Assembly (NCBI GenBank): GCA_965248445.1
Contig: CBDFJG010000004.1
Span: 896,001 to 960,000, forward strand
From: Planctomycetota bacterium
GTDB taxonomy: Bacteria > Planctomycetota > JAJSAM01 > JAJVHW01
DNA length: 64,000 nucleotides
Reading direction: 5' to 3'
Shown here piece by piece: positions 1 through 9,863 of this stretch (positions are counted from its first letter, which is position 1; the number at the start of each line of letters is the position of its first letter). The notes under the pieces were generated by a model. It was not told the DNA's origin, searched no databases, and saw only the letters and a program-made list of their open reading frames with translations. A program made the translations under genes and the position numbers.

Positions 1-1244
1 GGGCTCCGGGAACACCACCACGATCGGATCGTCGGGGCCGACCACCACGTCGCCCTCGAGCTTGCGGTTGAACTTGCGTCGGATGATCACGAGCCGTGGG
101 ATGCGCACGTACCGCAGGCCGTCGCCTCGAACGGTGACCCGCAGCCGACAACGCCAGTACGTGTAGGTCCCGGCGACATGCGGACGGTAACCGTCCCAGG
201 GCCCCGCGGGCGTCGGGCTCGTGTCGATCTCAACCTCAACGTCCGGCGGGACCAGCGGCGTGAGTCGCCACGAGTTCTTGGACGCGAAACCCGGTGTGCC
301 GAGCGGGATGGTCGTGCCGTCCCTGGTCCGACGCGCGCCGAGTGCCGGACGGCGCACGGCGCCGAACGGGAGTGCGCCGTCTACGGGATACTCGACGCCG
401 AGGTCGAGTTCCACGCGCTGGTGCTCGACCTGGCCGGCATCGAAGACGGACGACTCGTAGGAGCCCTCGGGCCAGTACTTCGCGAAGCACGGCACTTCCA
501 CGAACGACCCGAAGGGTGACGCCGCGGCCCCGAAGTGCTCGGGCAGGCGTTCGAGACGCAGAGCGCCGCCGTCCAACTCGACGTGAGTCTTCGGACCCAT
601 CCAGCCCTGGGCACCCTCGTCGGACGTGTCCTCCGTGACGTGGTCGTCGAGCGACTCGATCGTGACGGTGACCGTCGCTGCCGCGCGCGAGGTGCGTCCG
701 TTCCGGTCCACGGCCTTCATGTGGAACTTCTGCGAGCCGGAGGAGGACCAGGCCCAAGAGTACGGCGAACTGTTCGGGTCTGCGGCGACGCGTGTCCCGT
801 CCTCCCACGTGGACCCTCCGCGGATCTCGTGCGTTGCAGTCACGCCATCCGAAGGCACGGACCAGCGGAAGTTCAGGTTCGCTCCGTCCTGCGAGACGGC
901 GAACCCGCTGGGTGTGCCGGGGAGCTGAGGCGTGCCCTCGTCCGCCATCGGCGCGACCCGGACGGTCTCCCACTCGTCCTCTTCGACGAGGCCGCCGTCA
1001 TCGAGGACTGCTGCGGCGGCGAAGGAGTAGGCACGCTCCGGGTGCAGTCCCTCGGCTGTGAACTCCGTTCCCTGCGTGCGACTGACCTCCGTCCAACCCG
1101 TGCTCCCCTCCTCGCGCTTGAGCACGGCGGTGGTGCCCGACTCTGCGCGAGACCAGGAGAGAACGACATCGACGTAGCGGAGGGTGTCATCGCCCACGTG
1201 TCCGAGGATCTCTCCGTGCGGAGCCTCTCTCCACTCGCCGTCAC
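1..1244 (-). CDS. Phage tail-tip/fiber-associated protein with fibronectin-III-like domains (runs off left edge; probable 2-nt indel near 1210)
   Basis: Not in the ORF track. Manual translation gives an open frame ...EILGHVGDDTLRYVDVVLSWSRAES...FTAEGLHPERAYSFAAAAV...PGTPSGFAVSQDGANLNFRWSVP... to the window edge. A GTG at 1244 overlaps the upstream TGA and joins this frame only if one AG of GGAGAGATC is removed; the alternative start is a GTG near 1197. Confidence 0.7.
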
Positions 1245-3871
1245 CTGACCCGCGCTCGCAGGTTCGTCACGCGCCGCGGGCGGCGTCCCCGACGTCTCGC
1301 CTGGCGTCCACGCCCACGCGCCACCGTGGCCTGCGCGCTGACGGGCACGGTCACGGACTGGAGCGTGTAGGCCGTGGACTTCATCACGCGGCCCGCGTAC
1401 CGCACCACGATCTTGCCGTCCTCGTCGCGTCCGACGATCCCGGCCAGGACACGGACCTTGAGCTCCAGCGCCTTGGGGCCGGTCGAGTACGGCACCCGCG
1501 TCTTCACGGTCACGATGTCGGCAGCCTCGATGTGCTGCACACCGGGGTGCGCTTCCCACGAGCAGGGGAACGGCAGCTCGCGCGCCTGCACGGCCAGGTG
1601 ACGAAGCATCCGCGCGGCCTCGGTCTCGCGCGTGGCGCCGCGCAGGTTCACCTCGCGGATGTTCGTGGGCGTGCCCTCGGGGAGCCCGTCCACCGGGTAG
1701 AGCAGTTCGTCGCGCTCGTGCCGAATCGTCTCGTTCCAGAAGGATCCCTGGATGCCGGAGGGGGACTTGCCCCACTCGTCGAGCTTCAGCACGAACTTCG
1801 ACATGTTCTGGTTGCGCGGGTCCACGTCGTCGATGAACGTGAAGACGGGGTCGCCGTCCTGGTCGAGCGGGAACCGCCAGCGCACGCCCTGGAGCGTGGC
1901 GAAGCAGTAGCCGAGGAAGGCAATGTCGCCGACCGTCTCCATGAGCGACTGCGGCGTGTCGAAGACGACGTTCAGGCGGCAGCGGCGCTCGCCGTTGGTG
2001 GCTGAGGCGGGCCGGTTGGCGTCGTCGCCGGGTCGGTGAACCCATGCGTCGCAGAAGTCGGCGAACGCAATCAGGCCGTTGCGTTCCGCGGGCGAGCCGT
2101 TGGCACCAAGGAAGAGGTCCTGGCCGGTGAAGAAGAAGCCCGCCCCGTAGCGCTCGGTGGCCGCGCCCTCCGCCGAGGTCACAAGGTCGCGGATCGCCAG
2201 CGCGGCGTTCTGGCTGGAGCCGAGGTCCCGCGCCCCTCCCTGCGCATCCGTGCGCGGGTCGTAGAGCTTCGCCCGCCGCGCGATGCAGGTGACACGCAGG
2301 CTGCCACCCGAGAGGAACGCACCCGGGCTCCCGCGTAGACCGAGCAGCGCCGTCCCCGGGTAGCAGAAGCCCTCGTGGAGCACCTCGGTGACGTACGTGA
2401 AGTTGAGCTCGTCCACGACGAGCGGGTCCGTCGGGTGCGCGGTCAGCCGCGTGACGCGGACCTCGTAGGCGTCGCGGTCGAACTCCTCCAGCGCCGTCGT
2501 CGCTCCGCTCTCGCCCTCGATCGCGCGCTGGGTCAGCTCGTCCTTGACGTCGATCTCCCAGCGCATCGTGCCGGGTCGCTCGCCGATCAGCACGAAGCTG
2601 TTCCCGCCGGCGGACCGCAGCCGGTTCCAGGAGGACGCACCGAGCGTGCGGTACTCGACGCGCAGCGCCACCTGGACCGCGCGAGTGCCGCCGTCGTCCT
2701 TGTAGTGGATCATCCCCTGCGGGGCGGTGATGCCGATCCGCAGGTTGTCGGCCTCGCGGCCCGCGGTCGTGTAGCTGATCGGGTTGGAGCGCTTCAGCAG
2801 ACTGTCGTTCGGGTTGCGCGATTGCTCGAGGTCCGTGACCCCGTCGATCGGCTGCTGGTCGAGCGTTCCCGGTCGCCACACGATCCGAAGCCGCCGGAAC
2901 GCCGACGTCCGGTAGGTCGCGGTGACCTTCTTCCCGCTCGACGGCGCCCTGCCGAAGATCACCTTGGTGACGCCCTTGACGTTCTGCGTGAACGCAACGC
3001 CCTCGGCGCCCAGGTACTCGTAGGCGACGCGTACCGTGAAGCCCCGCGGCGGCCGCCGCTTGAAGCGGATCTTCACGCGGTGTGGCGCGAGCTTCTGCGC
3101 GCTCCACCGGTAGACGCCCACGCCGCGAAGCTGCTCGAACTCGGGCGCTCCCGGGCCGCGGATGAAGAGCCGCAGCGAGCGGCCGAGAATGCGGTCCGTC
3201 CGGTCGTCGCGACGCAGGTTGAAGGTGAGCTTGGGGCGCGGGAGCGGGAACCCGGTGAGCGGGTTGTACGTGACGGGCGGCGGTGCGGGGACCGTGAACT
3301 CCGCGCTCGCCGTCAGCGTCATCCACGCCTTCTTGACCCCGTCTACGAAGAGCTCGACACCCGGCATCTCGTCGTCGCCGAGCACGACCTTACGGTGCGG
3401 GAACGTGAACGTGCGCCTCTTGTTGTTGCCCCGCCCGAGTTCCTCCTCGTAGAGCTTGGACAGGATCTCACGGTCGTTGATGCGGATGTCGGAGATGTCC
3501 GCGATCTCGCCCTCGGCGACGATGCCGAGCCAGCGGAACTCCTGGCGGCGGGTGTTGCGGATGTCGCCCGGCGAGACGCCCTCGATCGCCTCGGTGACCG
3601 ACTCGTTGATCACGACCGGCTTGATGGTGTGCTCGCCGTAGAGGATCGGGACGTGCGCCTCGGGGCCGCGGGGGTTGTCGAAGCGGTCGATCCCGTAGGT
3701 GGGCGAGTCCCGGAGCTGCTTTTGCCGCGGCGGCGTGGGGGTGAGCGCCGTGCCGGCGATGGTCCCCGCTCCCGACACGATCAGCGGGACGCCCACCGGC
3801 GTCGCGATCAGCAGGATGCCCGCGACGATCTGGAGCGCGCCGAGGACGTAGCCGAGGGTCTTGCTCGCCAC
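1241..3871 (-). CDS. Phage tail tip / host-specificity protein (lambda gpJ-like, with gpI-like N-terminus)
   Basis: 876 aa. Hydrophobic N-terminus then SPTYG...VPILYGEH and AEGEI, later YPGTALLGL, NAALAIRDL, RYGAG, FADFCD and ERRCRLN motifs typical of J-like proteins. Lies downstream of the gpL-like gene. Confidence 0.85.
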   Translation of the reverse strand: MASKTLGYVLGALQIVAGILLIATPVGVPLIVSGAGTIAGTALTPTPPRQKQLRDSPTYGIDRFDNPRGPEAHVPILYGEHTIKPVVINESVTEAIEGVSPGDIRNTRRQEFRWLGIVAEGEIADISDIRINDREILSKLYEEELGRGNNKRRTFTFPHRKVVLGDDEMPGVELFVDGVKKAWMTLTASAEFTVPAPPPVTYNPLTGFPLPRPKLTFNLRRDDRTDRILGRSLRLFIRGPGAPEFEQLRGVGVYRWSAQKLAPHRVKIRFKRRPPRGFTVRVAYEYLGAEGVAFTQNVKGVTKVIFGRAPSSGKKVTATYRTSAFRRLRIVWRPGTLDQQPIDGVTDLEQSRNPNDSLLKRSNPISYTTAGREADNLRIGITAPQGMIHYKDDGGTRAVQVALRVEYRTLGASSWNRLRSAGGNSFVLIGERPGTMRWEIDVKDELTQRAIEGESGATTALEEFDRDAYEVRVTRLTAHPTDPLVVDELNFTYVTEVLHEGFCYPGTALLGLRGSPGAFLSGGSLRVTCIARRAKLYDPRTDAQGGARDLGSSQNAALAIRDLVTSAEGAATERYGAGFFFTGQDLFLGANGSPAERNGLIAFADFCDAWVHRPGDDANRPASATNGERRCRLNVVFDTPQSLMETVGDIAFLGYCFATLQGVRWRFPLDQDGDPVFTFIDDVDPRNQNMSKFVLKLDEWGKSPSGIQGSFWNETIRHERDELLYPVDGLPEGTPTNIREVNLRGATRETEAARMLRHLAVQARELPFPCSWEAHPGVQHIEAADIVTVKTRVPYSTGPKALELKVRVLAGIVGRDEDGKIVVRYAGRVMKSTAYTLQSVTVPVSAQATVARGRGRQARRRGRRPRRVTNLRARVR

Positions 3872-3874
3872 GAC

Positions 3875-4522
3875 TCACTCCACCCGGAGCGCGCGCGCGT
3901 CAGCGGAGGTCGGGAACCCCCCGAACCGAAGCGGCTCGCCCTCGTAGTGCTTGCGGCAATCCTCGCGTGTCCTCGCGCAGGTCGGCAGATCGCCCACGTA
4001 GCCGCAGTGGCTGCCCCGGTAGATCCAGCGGCAGCGAAGCCCCTGGAGGGTGCGGTCGGGGATGCGGATCTCCTCCGCGGGGAAGACGCCCAAGTCGAAC
4101 GCCACCGCCTCGCGCCCGATGAAGGAGTAGGCGCTGACGAAGAAGACCCACTCGATGACCAGGTCCTCGGGGGCTGGGTTCCCGGGGAGTGGGCCCGTGA
4201 GCAGCGTGCGGCTTGCCTGCCGGATCGTGCAGCGACGGCCGCGCAGGTCCTCGCCACCCGCATCGGGGTGGCAGAGCGGACCGAGCACACCGTCCGCGTT
4301 CTGGAGCACCAGCTGGAGGGCGGGGATCTCGCGCTCGGCTGACTCCTGGATCTCGCCGAACGCGCCGCCTGTCGCCTCGAACGTGAGGTCGTTCCACACG
4401 CGGGGCTCCGTGTCGATCGCGTAGCGAAGCGGCGTCGTCTTGCGCTCGATCTCGACCAGCGCCACCAGGTCGAGCTGGTCGCCTTCCAGCAGCGCGAGCA
4501 GCGCGGGGCTCTTGGCTCTCAC
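3875..4522 (-). CDS. Phage minor tail protein, gpL-like (Fe-S)
   Basis: C-terminal CRWIYRGSHCGY...C...C...LRFGGFP four-cysteine motif characteristic of the lambda gpL family. Confidence 0.85.
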   Translation of the reverse strand: MRAKSPALLALLEGDQLDLVALVEIERKTTPLRYAIDTEPRVWNDLTFEATGGAFGEIQESAEREIPALQLVLQNADGVLGPLCHPDAGGEDLRGRRCTIRQASRTLLTGPLPGNPAPEDLVIEWVFFVSAYSFIGREAVAFDLGVFPAEEIRIPDRTLQGLRCRWIYRGSHCGYVGDLPTCARTREDCRKHYEGEPLRFGGFPTSADARALRVE

Positions 4523-5175
4523 AGGACGTTCGGGGTCTCGGCGTAGCTCCAGCCGGGCCCCGCCTCCCGCAGTTGGACGGACACCGTACGGTCAACGAGC
4601 GCGTCGCCGACGGCGCCGCCGGTCGCGAGCTCCTGGTCGTCGGGCAGATCGTCCCCCTCGAAGCGCACGGGGACATAGAAGTCGTAGGCGAGCGTGACGG
4701 TCGCGCCCGTCCCGGGTGCCGTGACGAAGCGGACGACGAGCTTGGAGGACGTGCCGAGCACGTACGCGCCGCCCGACTCGTTCACCACCGAGTAGTGGAC
4801 GCCGAGCGTCTGCAGGAAGCCGTCCTTCCGGACGACCAGCGTCGCGGTGTCCACGTAGCGCCGCGTCGCGTCGAAGTCCTTCTGCGTCGCGCTCTCGACA
4901 GCGGGCGCGTCGATCATCGCCTTCGCGCCGGAGTTCTGCTGCTGGTAGAGGAACGCCTCGAAGCCGCCGAAGCGCGCGTTCCAGAACGCCTCGAAGTCCC
5001 TGTAGGTGCCGCCCTTGTTCGGGAAGAGCAGTGAGCCGCGCACGGCCAACTCGCCCGCGGCGTGGATCTTCTGCAGCGTGCGCCGCCCGCCGCCCTGCTC
5101 GTGGACCACGTTGCGAAACGCCTGGTACTCGACGAACGACCTGCGGAGGAACGTGAAGGGGAAGATCGTCGCCAC
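4519..5175 (-). CDS. Distal tail protein, DUF2460-like
   Basis: GTG start just after the tape-measure stop; FEAFWNARFGGFEAFLY and APGTGATVTLAYDFYVPVRFEGD motifs. The ORF track fuses it to the tape measure N-terminus because of the frameshift at ~5661. Confidence 0.75.
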   Translation of the reverse strand: MATIFPFTFLRRSFVEYQAFRNVVHEQGGGRRTLQKIHAAGELAVRGSLLFPNKGGTYRDFEAFWNARFGGFEAFLYQQQNSGAKAMIDAPAVESATQKDFDATRRYVDTATLVVRKDGFLQTLGVHYSVVNESGGAYVLGTSSKLVVRFVTAPGTGATVTLAYDFYVPVRFEGDDLPDDQELATGGAVGDALVDRTVSVQLREAGPGWSYAETPNVL

Positions 5176-5177
5176 CG

Positions 5178-7629
5178 TCAGTCCCTCGCCCGTGCGCCGC
5201 GGCGGCCAGGACGGCTGAGCGCCGAGCCGACGATCGCCGCGCGCGCATCGGGGCTGGACTTGGCCATCACGTCGTCGGCGATGACGGCGGGCGGCCGGAC
5301 GGTCAGCGCCACGTTGATGTCGCCCTCGCCGCGGGAGTTGGCGCCGTCGGTCACGCGGATCACTTCGCCCGGCGAGACCTTCATGGTGACGAGCTGGCTG
5401 TCGAGGCCACCGAAACCGCCCACGCGGAAGGTGCCTCCGTGCGCCGCCGAAGCAGCCGGCGCGGCCGAGGCCCCTCCAGCACCGGCATCGGCACCGCCTC
5501 CTGCCCCCGAGAGGCCTGGGAACAGAGACAGGATCGCCTTCATGATCAGGGCCTGCTGGATCATGCGTGCCACGTCGAGAGCGAACTGCGCCGCGAAGTC
5601 CCGGAACGCCTCCGACGCCGACCTGCTCCCGCTGGCGACCTCTGCCAAGGCGTCGTTGATCCCCGCCGGAGAGGTCGTTCACGGCGACATCGGCCATCTG
5701 CGCTCCCAGCCGACCCCACCCCGCCGTCTCCTCGCGAAGCTGGCTGATCCGCGCCTGGAAGCCCGCGCCGAGATCCTCGCCGGTGACCGCCGCGGACAGC
5801 TGCCCCTGCCGGCGAACGCGCGCCTGCGCCTGCGCCGAGAGCGCCTCGATCTCCAGCGCCTTCGTGAGCTCGCCGCGGCGGCGCAGTTCCTCGACCTGCT
5901 TGCGCGTCTCCTCCTGGAGTGCGGCCAGGTGCGCCGCTGTGGCAAGGCGCGCGAGCCGGGACTGATCCGTCTCGCCCTCGGCCGCGAGGGCGAGGACGCG
6001 CTGGTTGTAGTCGGCGAGCCAGGCGAGCTCCTGCTCGCGCCCCTCGCGAAGGATCGTGCGACGCTGGTCGATGTGTGCGGCGAAGAGCGCGCGGCGCTTC
6101 TGCCCGGCCTGCTCCTGCGGCAGGAGCCCGCGCCGTTCGGCGTCGCCGACGATGCGGACCTCGGCGCTGTAGCGCGCCCCCGCCTCGTCGAGCTGCAGCC
6201 GCGTGAGGTTCCGGTCGTCCACGAGCGTCGCGGCCTGCGCCTGCCGGCGGATCGCGTCCACGCGGTCGAGGAAGTTGCTCTGCGCGTCGATCGCGAGCTG
6301 GTCGTGCTCGGCGTTGATGGCCGCCTCTCGCCGACGGAACTCCTCCACGAGCCGCAGGTACTCCGGCGCGTCGCGCTCGAGCCCCTCCAGCGCCTTCGAC
6401 GCGAGCGTCTCCTCGACCTCGGCGCGATGCTCGGTGAGCGCCTTGTCGCGGTCAGCGACGCCGGGGTCCACGCGAAGTGCGGCGCGGTCGTTCTCGCGGC
6501 GCAGCGCATCCGCGCGCGTCGCAGCGGTGCGCACGGCAGCGATGCCCTCCCGAACCGTCTTCTCGCGCTCCAAAAGATCGAGCATCTCGCGCTCGTGCTG
6601 GATGCGTGCCCGTAGTTCGTTGCGCTTCTCGGGCGGCCCGTCCGAAGCGCGCCGCAGGTCGTCGATCGCGTCGTTGATGCGAGAGCGCTGGCGCTCCAGC
6701 GCGGGATCGAAGAGATCGGGACGCAGCAGCCCCTGGATTGCGACGCCCTTGTCGCGACGCGCCCGCTCCCGCGCAGTCTGCGCCGCGTCGAACTGTGCCT
6801 GCGCGGACGCGGCGGCCTTGGCGTCGGCGGCGATCTTCTTCTGCGCGTCGGCCTCTTCCTTCACGGCGGCGGCGGCCTTCTTCCGGCTGCCCGCGATCTC
6901 GTCCTGGATCTCCTGCTGCTCACGCAGGCCGGCGATGTAGCGCTCCTGCTCCCTGACCAGCGCGTCGGCGGCCTGGGCGGCGTTGTCGATCGACGGGAGG
7001 AAGCCCTCGCGCGGGAAGATCGCAGCGCCGAGATTGCGCCAGAACGAGCCAACGTCCTCGTGGCCGATGAGGCCCGCCTGACTCTCCCTGACAGCGAGGT
7101 TCTTGCGGCGGCGGAGTTCCTTCTCGGCGCCCGCGATGTCCACGTCAGCCGACTCGGCGTCCTCGCCGCGACGCAGGAGGCCCAGTTCGATCCGCAGCTT
7201 CTCCAAGCTCTCGCGTGTGGACTTCGCCCGGTCCTCGGTCGCAGCGAAGACCGAGACGATGTCCTCCTTCTGAGAGACGAGCAGCGCGAAGCCCGCACCG
7301 ACAGCGGCGATGGCGATGCCGACCGGCGTGAAGCCACCCGAGACGAGTCCGGCGAGCGAGGTCGTGATGCCGGACATCGCCGGGGACACCTCGCTGCCCA
7401 TGAGCGTCAGGGACTGGGTGGCGAGCTGCGTCGCCTGCTCCACGCCGCGCAGAGCCGGACCAACGCCCTGGATCTCGTTGGTGACCGAACGCATTGCCTT
7501 GCCCGCGCTGCCCATCTGGCGGATCTCGGTGCCGGTCTTCTTGACGGCGGCGCGCGCCTTGCCGAGATCGGACGTGATCTGCGCGGAGTCCGCGCTGAGC
7601 AGCACTCGCAGCTTTCCGACGACGGCCAT
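5178..7629 (-). CDS. Tail tape measure protein (~816 aa; +1 frameshift at C4 run 5661-5664)
   Basis: N-terminal VGKLRVLLSADSAQ, long Ala/Glu/Arg helical body. The true C-terminus (FRDFAAQFALDVARMIQQAL...AHGGTFRVGGFGGLDSQLV...SPGE) is in ORF 5178-5648 and joins by removing one G (GGC GGG ATC AAC GAC). Confidence 0.85.
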
Positions 7630-7632
7630 GGG

Positions 7633-7990
7633 TCAGGCTTCCCGCCCGGAGGGGGCGACGGAGAAGGACGCGGCGAGCGCTCGCGCGGCGTCCATCTGCT
7701 CCTCCGGGTCCTGTTCAGCGTCGCCCCGCCCGGAGACTCGGTCCATGAGGGGGCCGAGGTCCGGCATGCGCTCGACGCGGGAGAGCGCGGCGGCGTGCCA
7801 GGCCGTGAAGATCGCGAGTTCGTAGGTCCGTTGGCGCTCAGCGGAGAGTGCGCGCAGGTGACACGCGGTCTCGCGCGGCGTCTGCCGCCAGAACACCGCG
7901 GGCGGGATGCCCGCTTCGGCGGCCCGGTCCCGCCACTCCTCTAGTCCGAAGGGGCGGGCGTCGGAGGGACGGCGGTCCCTTGCGAAGGGT
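7633..7990 (-). CDS. Tail assembly chaperone T-portion (GT), likely reached by -1 frameshift
   Basis: GIPPAVFWRQTPRE motif typical of GT C-terminal parts; no convincing own start; -1 frame relative to the G gene; ends 3 bp before the tape measure start. Confidence 0.7.
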
Positions 7991-8327
7991 CCGCCTCGGC
8001 GGTCTCGGGCTGTTCCTCCTCCAGTTCCGGGAAGTAGTACCGCAGGGCGACTCCGAGGATGCGCTGCGCCTCCTTGCGGCCCATCGCGTCGATGAGGCGT
8101 CCGGCGAGCTTCAGGGTCAGGTCGGGGTGGTGCTCCTGGAGGCCCGCCCAGAGCATCGCGCGCAGCGATGTCGCGGAGAGCTTCTCGTGGGCGATGTCGA
8201 GCAGGGCGTCGGAGAGCACGCGGCCCGAGGCGTGCTCGAACTCGCACGCAGCGGACCAGTGGAACTTCACCCGGTAGACCTTCTCGTCGGCCTCGAAGGC
8301 CGCCTCGCCACGCAGTGGATTCGGCAT
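7941..8327 (-). CDS. Tail assembly chaperone G (GTA-gp10-like)
   Basis: MPNPLRGEAAF...AACEFE...LRAMLWAGL; between tube and tape measure; ATG overlaps the endonuclease stop (TGATG). Confidence 0.8.
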   Translation of the reverse strand: MPNPLRGEAAFEADEKVYRVKFHWSAACEFEHASGRVLSDALLDIAHEKLSATSLRAMLWAGLQEHHPDLTLKLAGRLIDAMGRKEAQRILGVALRYYFPELEEEQPETAEADPSQGTAVPPTPAPSD

Positions 8328-8881
8328 CAGCCAACCCTCCTCAAGTAACCGGCCAACTTCACCAGCAAGCCGAGGTCGTCGTGAGCCTGCCCGAGGGCTC
8401 GGTTGCATCTGTCGCAGAGGAGCCCTCGGATGCACTCCCCGCACGAACGCCTGCCCGGGCAGCACCCGTGATCGTGGTCCACCGCAAGCCGCCGGGGCTC
8501 TCCGGTGCGCTTGTTGACGGCCGTCTCAGTCCCGTCGCACACCGCGCATCTCCCGCCTTGCTTCGCGAGCATTCCGTCGTAGTCCGCAAGGCTGATCCCG
8601 TACTGGCTTCGCAGGTACCAGTCCGCGCGCTTGTCTGGGTTGGCGACGAACCAGGCCCGGTTCGTCGCCTTCACCTGCTCCCGGTGCGCCTCGCACCAGG
8701 CCTTCTGATACGTCTTCCTGCAGGGCTTGCACCATGCGGTCCGGCCATCGCGTGCCCGGCTCGCTCGGTGGAAGTCACCCCGAGACTTCGCCTCACCGCA
8801 CTTGCTGCAGACCTTCAGCGCCGGAGCGGCTTGGGGCACGCAGGTCGAGGTCTCGGACACGCTCCGAGAGTCGAGGCGCAC
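8327..8881 (-). CDS. Recombination endonuclease VII-family HNH nuclease
   Basis: N-terminal CSKC...CKPC, then YGISLADYDGMLAKQGGRCAVC...LAVDHDH...RGLLCDRCNRALG. Confidence 0.9.
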   Translation of the reverse strand: MRLDSRSVSETSTCVPQAAPALKVCSKCGEAKSRGDFHRASRARDGRTAWCKPCRKTYQKAWCEAHREQVKATNRAWFVANPDKRADWYLRSQYGISLADYDGMLAKQGGRCAVCDGTETAVNKRTGEPRRLAVDHDHGCCPGRRSCGECIRGLLCDRCNRALGQAHDDLGLLVKLAGYLRRVG

Positions 8882-8904
8882 GGAGACTCGCGCAACCAGT
8901 CCGA

Positions 8905-9354
8905 CTACGCGAAGTCCGTCGGGACTGCCTTGCCTGTGACCTTAATTTTCACCGCCACGGTGAGCAGGTCCTTGGCAGCCGAGGACGGCTCCCAACCAGT
9001 GATGAAGCCGGGCACCGTCAGGGTGGGGGTGTTCGGGAACTGCGGCCACTCGACGCGCCACTTGCGCGTCGTGCCCGCGAGGAAGTCCGCGAGCAGACCC
9101 GAGTTCGAGCCGTGGGAGACGTGCTCGGGGCGGAAGTTGAGCACCAGTGAGATCTCGCCGCCGTTGGCGATCCCCGGTACGAATTCCGCGTGGTCGTCGG
9201 GGGACTCGGTGTGGGTGGCCTCGACCGCGTCCCTCGACAGGGAGGGTCCGCCGATCGACTTGACCTCGGCCACCGAGACGAAGGTCCCGCCATCGACGGG
9301 GTCCTCCTTCAGAAACCGGGTCTTGGTGCCGAGCTTCGCGCCAGTCGCTGCCAT
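8905..9354 (-). CDS. Major tail tube protein (siphovirus-type)
   Basis: 149 aa; VAEVKSIGGPSLSRDAVEATHTESPD..EFVPGIANGGEISLVLNF...KIKVTGK; GGAG RBS. Confidence 0.9.
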   Translation of the reverse strand: MAATGAKLGTKTRFLKEDPVDGGTFVSVAEVKSIGGPSLSRDAVEATHTESPDDHAEFVPGIANGGEISLVLNFRPEHVSHGSNSGLLADFLAGTTRKWRVEWPQFPNTPTLTVPGFITGWEPSSAAKDLLTVAVKIKVTGKAVPTDFA

Positions 9355-9372
9355 CGCTGTCTCCTCCGCCCG

Positions 9373-9714
9373 CTACAGGGCGAACACCCCCACGGAGAGG
9401 TCCGCCTCGGTCGAGTAGGTCACGACCACGCGGGCGTTGGTGTCGTTGAACGCAGGCGGGTCGAGGGGGCCGATCCAGCGCTCCTCGTCGGCGGGCACGG
9501 AGACGACCAGATCGGTCTTCGCGGCACCTTGCGGCAGCGCCCCGGCCGGGAGCTGCGAGACGATCGTCACAGTCCGGGACGTCAAGAGGTTGGCGTTGAC
9601 CACGCGCAGGAAGACGCGGCCGGAGTTCGGGAAGGCGTCGCCCCCCGCCGCCGTGGGGTCAAGCGCCGGGTCAATCCCCGCGCGCGAGATCTGCTGGACC
9701 GTCAGCACCGCCAT
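9373..9714 (-). CDS. Small phage virion-associated protein, first gene of tail operon
   Basis: 113 aa MAVLTVQQISRAGI...AAGGDAFPNSGRVFLRVVN...VPADEERWIGP; GGAGGGG RBS. From memory it resembles small structural-region proteins of actinophage-like phages; not searched. Confidence 0.6.
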   Translation of the reverse strand: MAVLTVQQISRAGIDPALDPTAAGGDAFPNSGRVFLRVVNANLLTSRTVTIVSQLPAGALPQGAAKTDLVVSVPADEERWIGPLDPPAFNDTNARVVVTYSTEADLSVGVFAL

Positions 9715-9863
9715 GAGCCCCCTCCGGGGTTGCGCTCTGATCTTGAGCGTCGAGGGCTCCGGAGAGTCGTTCAAGGCAGCGGCACCAGACAGTACGATGC
9801 GCGACTTCACATGGGACATGGGCCGGGCCGACTCAAGCCTGGTGCCCCGGAGGAACGAACCAC

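Noticed and set aside
4519..7629. 1036-aa tape measure-Dit fusion in the ORF track
   Set aside because: Artefact of a +1 shift at 5661-5664; the real tape measure C-terminus is ORF 5178-5648 and Dit has its own GTG.
1..9714. Canonical RcGTA-like gene transfer agent
   Set aside because: Chaperone and DUF2460 similarity exists, but there are no head genes, the tape measure is much longer and the tip is gpL/gpJ type.
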